DNA from: an uncultured Planctomycetales bacterium
Lineage (GTDB): Bacteria; Omnitrophota; Gorgyraeia; Gygaellales; Profunditerraquicolaceae
NCBI GenBank assembly: GCA_964579435.1
Contig: CAZOGI010000009.1
Location: 1 to 60,229, forward strand
Length of the DNA: 60,229 nucleotides
Reading direction: 5' to 3'
Shown: piece after piece, positions 34,701 to 46,700 of the stretch
Position numbering within the stretch: the first letter of the stretch is position 1
Layout of the letters: every line of letters starts with the position of its first letter
The notes under the pieces: generated by a model
Database searches by the model: none
Seen by the model: only the letters and a program-made list of their open reading frames with translations
Told to the model about the DNA's origin: nothing
Program-made: the position numbers and the translations under genes

Positions 34701-37700
34701 GTCGGGAATCAACAGCACCGGGAACAGCACCGAGTAGAGCTCGACGTTTTGCTTGAGCCGCTTCGCTATCTCCCGGGAGAATTCCGTATGGCCCAGGCCG
34801 GTCTTTTCGGAGATGAAATGTCCCAGCTCGTGCGCCGCCACCTCAAGCTCGCGCGCCGCATCCCCGAGACCGATGACGACGATATTCTGGCCGTCGAAAT
34901 AACCGATCGCCCCGTCGGGCTTGCGGTCGATGACGACGATCTCGGGGACGACGTTATCCTTAAAGACCGCCCCGTAGACCTCATCGCCGAGGACCTCTTT
35001 GAGCTGGGCGCGGTCAAAGGAAACCGTGCGCAGGATCGGGGTCGCCCGAAAGCGGATAAAGTGGCTTCCCGCATACTGCACCCGGGTGATATTTTCCAGC
35101 AACACCCCGTTCTCCCGGGCGTTACGCTCTATCTTCTGCGTCGCTGCCAGGAGCTGCTCGACCGACTCGGCGGCGTTATATTCCTGAATGAGCTCGGCGA
35201 GCCGCACATCCAGCAGTGCCGCAACTTCCGCGGTGCGCGCCAGGAGCCGGGCATCAACCTGGTTCATGGCGATCCCCTTGAAGAGCTCCACGAGGACCTC
35301 TTCGGCAAAGAAGGCGTAGCATTTCGCCTTCTCAGGCGCGGTCTGGGCCCGGTCATAGGCCTTCTGTGCCGCATCCAGCGCCTTCTGCATTACTTGCGCA
35401 TCGAAGGAAAACTTTTCGGCCAGTTCCTGCGTTATCCGTTCCCGCTCCTCTTCGCTTATCTTTTTTTCCTCTTCCTCCTCTTTGCGTCGTTCCTCAGTAT
35501 CTTCGGCGACGCGGAAACGTTCCCTGATCTCGCCGGCCAGGGCGGAGAGCGGACGCGCCGCAGAAGGCGCCGGGATCTTCTGTACGCGCGCCGGCTCAAG
35601 CGGCACCTCGAAATACCCGCCGGACGCCGGGACGATATCGATCCCCTCCAGCGCCTTCTCCCGCGCGAAATACCCCTCGCCGCGGCGATACAACTCGTCG
35701 ATAATCCTGAGGATCTCCTCCCGGCTGAAGGTCTTCAGTGGTTCCCCGACATAAACCTTGCAGGCCTTGGCGCTGATCGCCGCCGGATAGTTAAAACGGT
35801 TCCCGGAGGCGCCGGAGCCGCCGTAGCGCTCGGCGGGGTTATAGGTAAGGATCACGCTCACTTCGGCGTCGACCTCGACGCGCAGCGTCTCCCCGTCGGG
35901 AGACGGGACGCTGAAAACGCGTTCGCCGCGGGCCAGGGCGTCGAGCAAATACCAGACATCGCGGGTGATATTGGCTTCGTCGATCAAGAGGCGCACGCGG
36001 TTGGAGGTCGCAAACCCTGCCGAGAGACGCCTACCGTTGACGGTGCCGACACTCAACAGGAATTCCTGTATGTTCATCTGCGCCTCGCCGGCGAAGGAGA
36101 GGCTTGCCGTCATATGCGAATCGCGCATCTGGCGGTGCGGGTTCAGGCGCACCACCGGCACGCCCTGAGCCCGGCTGAGCATATTGACGACGCTGGTCTT
36201 ACCGCTACCGGTCTCCCCCGGGACAAGAATCAGCCGGCTGGGAATGAGCCGGCCGCTTGCGGAGACCATCGTGCGCTCGGCTTCCAGGATCGCCCCGATC
36301 GCCTCCCGCAGTTCGGCAGCCGGATACATGACGTCCTCGGCGCCCATCTCCTGCCAGGGGAGGGCTCGTTTCTTGTTCGCCTCGGCCATCGGAAGCGGCA
36401 CACCGCCGACGGCGCTCATCAACTGCAGGCGCAATACGAGCGTTCTGCCCGTGCGGTAGACCGCCAGCCCAGGCGAAAGCTCAAGCGCCTTATCCGCCCG
36501 ATCGGGAAGCTTGGCGCCTTGCAAACGGTAGACATTCGCCGGGGTGATGACGGAAAACGAATCGCCGTCCTGGCGCACGATGATCCCGTTCTCCAGATGC
36601 GTCACCGCGCTTGCCCCGTCCTTAACCGCAACGGCGATATCATAAGCGGCGACCTCGGCCGCGGTGAAGGCCTTGCTCAGGGCCGCGGAGAGCTGCGTAT
36701 AATAGCGCTTCAGGGCCGCTGGTTTGATATCCGGGAAGAGCCCGCCCAAGAATCCTTTGAGCAGGATCTCCTCCTCGAAAAGCATCCGGTCGTCGGGATA
36801 GAGGCCGCGCAGATAAAAACTGCGCACCGCCCGCATCACGTACCATAACGGGTCCGTCTGTTTCTGTCCGGACGCCGCATCGTGCTGCTTGGCCAACTGC
36901 ACGCGCGCGGCCAGCTCCAGGATATCACGCAGGGAATAATGGTTGTCGGAAAGTTCAAACCGTTTCTCCCGGGTAAACTCCGCCGCCGCAGAGGCGATTC
37001 GCAGAAGCAACTGCACCTCATCGGCCGAAACATCGGGGAACTCATGCCGGATCACCTGCGTAACCTCCGCCGGATCCTGCGGGAACGCAAGGGCCAGTTT
37101 TTTGAAACGGTTCGCAAAAGGAGAGGAAAGCCGCTCGATATCGGAGGTGATCACCACGATATGCACCCACGAAGGCAGCGTGTATTCGACGAGCCTTCCC
37201 GACTCGTCTTTCATGACCACGGTATGCGTGGTCTGGAGGCGGTTAAGCTTTACCAGTTCGCTGGCGGGTATCGATTCAATGTTGGTGATCGCGATCACCG
37301 TCTCCTGGCCCGGGGTTTTCAGGGAGGCCAGCTCCGCGCTCTTGACCAGATGCCTGCCGATCTCGCCTCTGATCCGGCGGAACGTATCGGTGCGCGCCGT
37401 GCGCCGGCCGGCGCCGTCGAACTCGCCCGGAAACTCGAAGGATTCGCTCTCGAAGAGATGCTTTGCGGTGACGAACGGATGCCCTTCGACGATCTCCAGT
37501 CGCTTGCCGAAACGCAGGCACATGAGCTTGACCGCTTCCAGCCCGAATCCGCCTGCCGGCTGATTCACCAGCACCTGCCTGCCGCCGGCATCGACCATAT
37601 GCGCCAGGATGCTTACCGCATCGCGCATGCGCGCGGAGTTCTCCCAGAAAGCGACCTGCGTTTCATCGACAAAACGGGAACGTGCAGCCGTTACGGGCGC

Positions 37701-40700
37701 CTTGCGGGGACTGAGGGGGCGGTAATCGGGGAAAAATTCCCTCACGATTCGTGTAACTTCCTGGCGTTCGGCAGGATCGAGCAGGCCTTCCGCATAATTG
37801 ACCGTAATCTGCTCATACAGAGCCTGCTTGATCCGCCGGGGTTCCCGGCGCAGCTGCTGCACGATCTCGATGAGGTCGCGCGGGCTGATCGTGCGTTTCT
37901 GGGGATGGGAAAGGCTCAGCTTATTATGAAGGTGGGCCAGCTGCATCTTCAGCTCCGCAGGGAACACGGCCCCCTCGAGGTAATAATCGATGAGTGAGCG
38001 AGCGTCCTCATAGCTGAGGATATTGTCGACGCGGATCTTGCCGCAGAGCTCATCCGCCGATTGCGGCAACTCTTTGCGGCCTTCGGTCTTGAAATGGTAA
38101 TTCTGCGTGATCACGAAGCTGAACCGCGGGTGGCGTTTGATCACTACCCCCTGAAGGCCGGGATGGAAATCACCGAGGTCGATCGCATCCTGGCGCGCTA
38201 CCGTCACCAGCCAGCGCAAAAGATGCCCGGCGGCATCCGAGACGCGCCCTTCATCCGCGATATAGACGCCTCCTTCGCTGTAGGCCCGCAGGAAATCGAG
38301 CAGGTACCTGCCCGATGCGTCTTTATCGAGCGCGTTGAGGGCGATCTCCCTGCCGCGCAGCGTCACCGCGCCCAGAAGCGCGGAAAGATCGATCCATTTG
38401 TACATTCCTTCTTCGAACGATTCCCGCGCGCTCACCAGCGCTATTTCGTGCGAAGAGGTGGTCTTGCCGCCGCCGGGATCGCCTTCCAGGACCACCGGCA
38501 ATCCCGCGCGCTCAAAGAGCAGCTTCGCCGCTTCCTGCGCCAAGAGATTCTGCAAGGGCGCCTGGAGCCGCACGCGCTCGGCAACGCCGTCCCTGATGAA
38601 TTCGTAGCGGCCGTATTCGTCGAGCTGCCGTGCCGATGCGTACGGAGTCTGGACCTCGCCGAGACGGTACGTGCGTCCGCCCAGCGTCGCGGTAATGCCG
38701 TACCAGACGCGGCGCTCTCCCGGACGCAACGCCGACTCCCGCAGCGCGAACTCCCGCTGGTAGCGCACCGCCCCGGCTTCCAAGCCGATCCGGTCGAGGA
38801 ACTCCTTGCGGAAATCGCGCGGCGCAGCTCCTTCCCCGGCAGCCTCCTCTTCCGCGGCAAGGCCGCTGCCCAGCAGATGGTACGCCAGCAGCCGCAGGAG
38901 CACTTCATCGAGCGAGCCTTCCTCTGCCCTGCGGTTGATCTCCGCAAGAAAAGCGTCGACATTCGGCGCGCCGAGACGGTTGTACGCATACAACCCGGCA
39001 TCCTTCTGCGCCTCAAAAAGTTCCCAGGCCGCACGGGCGCATGCCGCCGCCGCAGTGCGCAGGCGCGCCGGTACGGCCCCGGAAAATCCCGCTTCGAGGC
39101 GCGAGGCGATCCACGGCCCGTCGATCGTCTGGGCGAGATTGACCGCAAAGAACCGGTCGACATCGGCCGGATGCAGGGTGATCTCTTCGTTGGCCTCGCC
39201 CAGAATGACAAAACGCAGGTTCGACGGCTTGAACCCGATGAGGTAGCGCACCAGCGAACGGCGCTCTGCGGCAAAGAGCGCTTCAAGGCTTACCGCCAGG
39301 GTAGTGCCCGTCGCCTGCTCATACGCGCCGCGGACCCGCTCGAAAGCGCCGGATACGCCCAGACGGCCGATAACCGAATCGATCAGATCATCGTCGATAA
39401 TATCGTCGACCTGCAGCCAGTTGGTCTGGAAGAATTCGTTCAGGAGCGGGGCGACTTGCGGATTGAGGTCGAGGTACCCCTGCACCCAGGCGCAGTGCTG
39501 GCGCTCATCCAGATGCGCCTGCAGGATCAGCGAGCTTAAAACCCCCAGCTTGTTTGACGGCTCCCCGTCTTCGGGGGTTTTGCTCAGGCCGCCGATGAGC
39601 TTTGCTTTGGTATGGAAACGGCTGATATTGACCGTATGCTCCCGCACCGTCCCTGCCTGCGGGAGGATCGCCGCGCGGATGCGCGGGAAGCCGACGGTCT
39701 GGTTATCGAAGACCAAAAGCGGGATATCGAGGGAAAAATCGCGCAGGAACGAAAGGAGTTCCGCTTCGGTCGGCGGCGCCAGGTCGCCGGTCACCCCGGC
39801 CAGGATCCCTGCGGCAACCATACGGTCAAACTCATTCTCCCACATCCGCACAAAAACCACCTGAAGCAGAATTTCAAACGCCCGCTGCGCCGGCATCCCG
39901 TTCGCGAGCAGAGAAGCGTACAAGGCACAGAAACGCTCGACCTGCCGGGGAGTGATCTCGCGGGAGGAGACAAACTCGCCTTCCAGGACCCCGCGATTGA
40001 ACCGGTTATAGACCGCGGCAAGCGATTGGGAATGGCGCCTGGTCTCGGCGGAAGACTCAGCGATGCCGGATTTGCGCAACCAGCTCTCCATCAGACGCAG
40101 GGTGATCTCATTCATCTCCTCGGCCGAACGCTCCATACTGTAGACCGCAGGCATCATCGCAGCCACCGCCCCGGATATCCCGTCTTCGCGCATATTTCCG
40201 GTGGCGATATGCAGCTGGTCCCGGCCGAACGCCACCGCTTCAAGGGGATCGTCCGGATCGAAACCCTGCCCAGGGAATTCGGCGCCGAAACGCACCCTGC
40301 GCCCGGCCAGGGTGGGCCAGAGCCACTGCAGGAAGAAAACGCGGGTATCTGCCTCGTTATAAATGAAGAACGCGTTATCCTCGCCCTGTGCGCGCCAATA
40401 GTCCGGCACCCGCAAACTGATGCCCTGGCGGCTCAAACCCAGCCCGCCGCGGAAGAACCCCAAATCGATCTCCTTGTTCAGGGTATATTCGTACGGCTGC
40501 GCTCCCACGACATCGGCGAATACACGGGCAATGGTTGTCTTGCCGCCGCCGGGGGAACCCATCAGAAAGATGAATTTGGATGGCGCAAAGCGGTGCACGC
40601 GCGCCAGGAGACAGAAGATCCTCTCTTCGGTAGGCGTCATAAAATAATCCCGCTTGCCGCCGCTTGCCTGACTGACAAAACCTTCAAGCGCGTCCTTGAA

Positions 40701-43700
40701 CGGGATCCCGCGATGCCGGGAAAGGAATTGCCCGAAGGCGCTTTCCGGACTGACCGGGATACTGATGCCGCCTGCATCTATCCGATCCCCTGACGGGGAG
40801 AGGCCGACCGTAAAACCGGGCGTCTCTTTAAGGCCCAGCAGAGACCGCAATTCGGGAAAGATTTCTTCCTGCTCCGGTGCCGGGACTTTGGAACTCAAAT
40901 GCAGCCACGCCTCCTGCTTGATGAGACCGGACAGCGCGCTCTCGGGCGCACCCTCCTGCAGGCGTCCGGCGACGTACGAAGCTATCTGTATGACATCCTG
41001 CAGCAGGTACCGTTCCCGGAGCACCGGATGCCCCTGCAGATCTTCCCACAACCCGACGAGCGTCTCCGCCGCTTTGCCGGAGAGCTTAAAGCGCCGGGCC
41101 AGATACGCGCGTATCTCCTTGGTCCCCGGGACGCCGAGGAAAAACCCGGAAGAACGGTCCATGAATGACTCGTCGCCGATATCGGCATCCTCGTGCATCG
41201 TCATGACGATCTGCAGGTTCTTGGGCAACGGCTGCTCCCCGATCATTCTGCCGTCAGCAGCTTTCTCGTTTGAAAGGGTGACCTTGCGCTCCAGGAGCAC
41301 CTGGTGAAGCGCCATGCGCAAATCCCCGGAGGCATACTCGATATTCTCCAGGACCAGATACACCTGTTGATCGGGATTCTGCCGCGCCACTTCCATCATC
41401 CGGGCAATGATGCCGCGGCTCCACTGCGGCCGGTGGGTAGCCGGATCCGGCAGGCTCCTGCCGAAGAATTCGCCCACCTGGGAGAACCCGCTCATCGGTA
41501 CGGCAAATACAAGGGTATTGTCCTGGAGGGAGAGCGACTCAGCCGCCATGTTGGCAAAATGATTCGACGGGGTAAAGAGCATCAGGGGCAGCCCGCAGGC
41601 GCTCGCCCGCTGGGCGGCGACGATAACCTGGCTCTGCGATTCCAGCGCCGACGGCGGCAGCGGCGTCCTCTCGAACGTCCCGCGCGAAAACAAATCCGTC
41701 AGCTTGCTGCCGGTCAGCTCTCCGCGATTGGAAACGCTGGCGGTGACATAGAGCGGCGCATACTGCTTGCGCAGGAAGACCTCGCGCATAACCGCCCCGA
41801 ACATATGCTCTTCCCCGCGGCCGATGTAGCGGCCGTACACCGTCCAGGCAGTCAGCTGGAAGAGATCGAAGAGACGGGAAACCGCCTCTTCCGGATTCTG
41901 CAGGTAGTAGCGGCTGAAGACCTTGTTGAAACGGTGCACCTCGCGGAAGGTTATGCTCCCGCGCAGATGCAACCGTCCGCTCTCGGCCGCTTCCTGCAGG
42001 GTCTCGGCGATCTCTTTGCTCAAGAGTTGTATCGCCTTGAACTCGTGGGCGCTGACTTTGGGTTTAAGCAGCGCCTCGAAACGCGGATACTGCTGGCGCA
42101 AGCTCTGGCGCAGGTCGCGGTAGAGCAGGATCGCATGCTGCGGGAGCATCTTCTTGGCCGCGTTTGGATCGCGCGCGACGCGCTTGGCTTCTTCCTTGAA
42201 GGCGACAAAGTCCATGCCTTCGGTAACGCCGCTGTAGCGCATGCCGATATCGATGTAGTAATAGAGCAGCCGGTCGGGATCTCCGTTCTTTCCGGCGCCG
42301 CAGAGCCGGTCCAGCTCCTGATCGATGAGCCTATCGAGCTCTTGTGCCAGCGCCTCTTCAGCGGCCTTTGCCGATGCTGTCTGGTCTATGGCTGATACGG
42401 GCGAGAGCCTGGGCTGAGCCTGCTCTATCTGCGCCCGGTATTTCTGAAGGGCACCCTGCGGGTCGCGGTGGATAAGGACGAAATCTTGCTGCATAAGGGC
42501 GCAAAATTCCTTCCACGGCAGCCGGTAAAAAGCAAGCAGGACTTCGCGTTTTGAAGCCGGAAGCTTATCCAGAACCGACGTTTTGGGCGGCCGATCGTGC
42601 ATGACCGTCTCGTAATAGATATCCAGTTTCAGGCGCATGGCGCGACGGACGTCTCCGGCAATCGCCGTCTCGATATACTCCCCCTGCCCCCACCACTGAC
42701 GCAGGTCCGCAAACGGCGCATCCCCGAACACAAGCGCCCAATCCTCCTGGAGCGAATCGCCGTGCAGGGAATTCCCGGGCTTGCGCAGATGTTGTTTGGC
42801 TGCCTCCTTCGCCACGTCGAGCATCTTTGCCTTTGCCAGGCCGCGCACGAAACGCAGCGCTGCCTGTGCAGGCAGGCGCATACTTTCCAGCGCACTCTGG
42901 AGCACATGGGCATGGAACGTTCTGACCTCATTTGAGGCATCTGCATCCTCGATGAGCCGCAGCGATTCCTCGGCCAACGCCGGATTGTTCACCACCGCAG
43001 CGACACAAAAAGACCGATAATATGACCGACCCTGCTCGTCCTGGTCCTCGGGCCGCAACATCTCCAGGGCATCCCGGTCCAGGACGATCCCCGGATTACC
43101 CGTAAGACCTCCTGCCAGCATATGCAGGACCGCAATCCGCAGCGCGGTATTGGAAGGATCCTGACGCACCGCCTGCAGGCAGATCTGTGCCAAGGCCGGT
43201 GTATGGGCGATGCCATACTTAAGCGCATCGGCCAGCAACATCCATGCCCAATTCGCGTCGGGCTTAAAGAAAGAGAGGAGCGTGCGGAACCGATCCTCGG
43301 GGAAACGGAAATTTTTCTGACGGCTGAGCGCCTCCCCGAGGGCGCCGGCATAATCAGTAGCGACCGTTCTCTGCGCGATGATCGCCCCGATCAACATCAT
43401 GATGTCCGCGTCGCTGACGGTAATCTCTTGATTGCGGTTGAGCCCGCTCCTGAGCGCATCACCTAAGCCGTGGCGGACATACAGCGGCTGATCGTGCCGC
43501 AGCAGCTGCAGGATCCGGCCAATCAGCTCAGGACGTTCAGACGCAGCTATCCCCACCGCCTCACTCACGTATTGCGAGACATCATCGAGATGATATTCAA
43601 TCGCATCACCTTTCAAGGCAACAACGACCCGGTCCAGGAGATCGGGGTTGCGCGCCAGCGCAAGAGCTACCACCCGCCGCAGCGCTTCCTTGGAGGAATT

Positions 43701-46700
43701 GTCTCCCCGGTACCCGCGCACCAGCATCGACAGCAGCGTATCCAGATGAGCCGGAGTAATCTCGCAACGCCCCGCCCCTTCAAGCGCCCGCTCCAGAGGA
43801 CCGGTCATTTTGTAAATAGAGCTGCCGCCTTGACGGAGCGAATTGACCAGCAAGGTCGTCTCCGCTTCGTTTAACCGGACCGACTCATGTGCCGTAAGAA
43901 CACGCGCCAAACCTTCATGGAAGAGCGAACGCTCGAAGCTGCCGGTCGTCAGCTTCTCGATAGCATGCAAAAGCAGCGGCGCCAGTTCTACATTGTTGAC
44001 CGCAGCCTCGCTCAACGCCTCGACGAACATGGAATACGCCATGTGCACGGTAACGTTGGTCTCCAGACAAACATTCAGCAGCACCGTTGCTTCCTCCCTC
44101 GTCAGTTGCACCCCGCGCTGCGCCTTAAGCAGAGCCAGAAGCTCTTTTGCCTTTTCGCTTGCCGCATCCACATCGCGGGAAGCACCCAGGGCATCCGCGG
44201 CCATCTGCTGCAGGAGCTGATGTGCCCGGGCATGCTCGGGGCTTGAAAAAACGGCCTGCGGCACCAAGGGCGCGTCCGCGGGCTTCTTTGACGTCTCCTG
44301 CGTCTGAGGCGGCTCAACGGTCACGGGCGCCGGCGTCGTCTGAGAAAACCGCTCCCAGGCAGCCCGCGGCTCTTGGTGTACCGCCTCGAAATCGTTGCGC
44401 ATGAACCGGCAAAACTCTTTCCAGGGGATACGGTAGAAGATCAGCGCTTCGGGCACGACAGGCTGCGCCGAAAGAAGCTCTCGGGTTTCGCGGGCATGCT
44501 TCAACCGGTATACTTTTTGTTTAAACGCCGCAGCGGCCGCGTCGGTTTCGGCGAAAACCGCCGCCTGATACTCGGCTTCCAAATCGCCGGTTATCTCGGA
44601 GACGAAATCAGGATCGACCAGGAGGATCTCAATGACGTTCGGCAGTATCAGCCGGTTATCCTTTAAACGCTCCAACAGATACGCCTTATCCTGAGCACTG
44701 ACAAACCCGGCAAGGGCCCCGAGATTTCCGGGGCGAAGGTTCGCAAAACGAAGCAACGCCTCGATAACGGATTTCCAGGCGCCAAGCGTTTCTGCCGTGA
44801 CCAGCCCGTATTCGGCAGCCAACGCCAAGATGCTATACGCTTCAAAACCTTTATTGGCGCTCTTCTCTGCGATGAGACGCAACAGCCCCAGGTCAAGGAC
44901 GCTTCGGTCCAATCTTTTGCCGGCAACATCATTCACCAGACCTTCCAAGCGCATATATGCCTCATCTGCCTCGAAATCTGCCGCCCCCTGCCTGACTGCC
45001 GACACCAAAAGCTCCTGCAACTCCCCGATATGCTCGCGCACCGGAAACCCCGCCCTGGCCATTGCCGTCAAAACCCTTAACGGCGCAAAGGCAAATCCCC
45101 GGTTTTCGATAATAACCGTCGCGATCATCTTCGTAACCGCGTCCCGGTTCGCCGCATCGGCTGCGCCGCTCTCAACCAGCGCATCCGCGCATTCTCTTAA
45201 CCTGCGTTGTCCTTCAACAGCATCCGGCGATATTTCGCCTGCGTCAACGCTGCCCTCAAGGCTGCGGTAGAATTCATCTTTATCCACCGCCAAAGGATTG
45301 GCCGGTACCGGTAGCGCCAGGACCTGCGGATTGCGGTGGATTGCATCATATCCGTGCTCCTCGATCGCCTTACAGAACTGGCTCCAAGGCGACCGGTACA
45401 GGCCGATGAGTGCCGCCAAGACAGCCGGGTTTGCGTATTCCTTAAGCTTCCGGCCGGCGCTGCGACGCTGTATTTGGCAATATTTGCGCTGCTTAAAGAG
45501 CATTGCCTTATGCGCATCAGGTGAGAGGAGGGCATCGATATACGCCTCCTCATCCCCGGATATGATCGCGAAATCGCCGCCGCTGCGCTCCTGCGACAGG
45601 AGAATGAGTTGGACATCGGAATTAAAAACAGCGCCCGCGGCAAGCTCGGCCGCAGAAAGCGTTTCTGCGCGGGACGTCAAAGCCCCGAAATTCCACTCGG
45701 GAACCCCGGCACGCAACCCTTTGAACAACGCCAGCACCTGCGGCACATTTCCTGCGGTTGCCGCCCCCGAGCGCACCAGACTCCCCAGCGCAACATTCGC
45801 CGCAAGCAAGACATTCGAATCGCGGTAACGGAAAAGTTCCTTGAACAACTCCGCGACCTCGGAAAGATTGGCCGGGGTGATATACCGCGCTTCGGCCAGA
45901 TTACTCATGAGATTATAGATCTGGAGAGCGTCGGCCTCCGCAATGCCCTTGAGGATATCCTCAAGGAAAGCCTGTATTGCGGCAAAATTATTTACGGTGA
46001 CCGCTCCGTTGTACGCCAGGACATTCAGCATCCCCAACCCGTGACGATGCTTCTCCCCTTGCGCGATATTGAGCATCGTAAATAACCGCTCGATTGCAGG
46101 AAGGGTATCCGGCGTCACGAGCTGTTTGTCTGCGAGAAACCGAAAGACAAGAATCACATCAAGAAGGTTCGTCCCCGGCTGTTTCCCGAGAGCTGCGAAC
46201 ATCCGGATCACCTGTTGGCGATTCTCAACGGTCAGGGCCCCGTTATTGATCATCGGCACGACATAGCGTTCCCTAAAGGTCGCGCGATCTTCGGGCGTAA
46301 GATATTTTTGGACCGCCTTGAAAAATTCCTCTACTACCTGTTCTTGGGAGACAGCCCCCGGAGCCGCTTTGATGAGTTGAGAGGGGTTACGGTGCCCCGT
46401 CTCATAACCCTTTCCCTCCATCACCGTGCAAAACTCATCCCAGGGAAGGCCGTAGATGCGCACCATTTGTGCCAGAAGCGTCGGCTCCTCGTGCGCGGCA
46501 AGAATCCTCCCTTTTGATGCCTGCGACTGCCGATACAAACGTTGTTTTAAGATCATTGCCGCAACGGCATCTTTGGAAAAGAGCGCCTCGGTATAAAGTG
46601 CCTCATAGCGGTCATCGAGAGGCATCCCTCCGAATGCCTGTTCACGCAGCAGGATGAGACGAACATCGGGATGGATCACGGTTTCATCCGTGATCATCTG

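Noticed and set aside
33009-36848. 1,279-aa plus-strand ORF, the longest of many plus-strand ORFs. Others include 8054-9667, 19606-21186, 30255-31787, 38061-39539, 4751-6055, 127-1338 and 25551-26768.
   Set aside because: Each lies entirely antisense to a minus-strand ORF with clear family motifs. Their translations are Arg/Pro/Gly/His-rich, low-complexity and motif-free. This is typical of shadow ORFs in GC-rich DNA.
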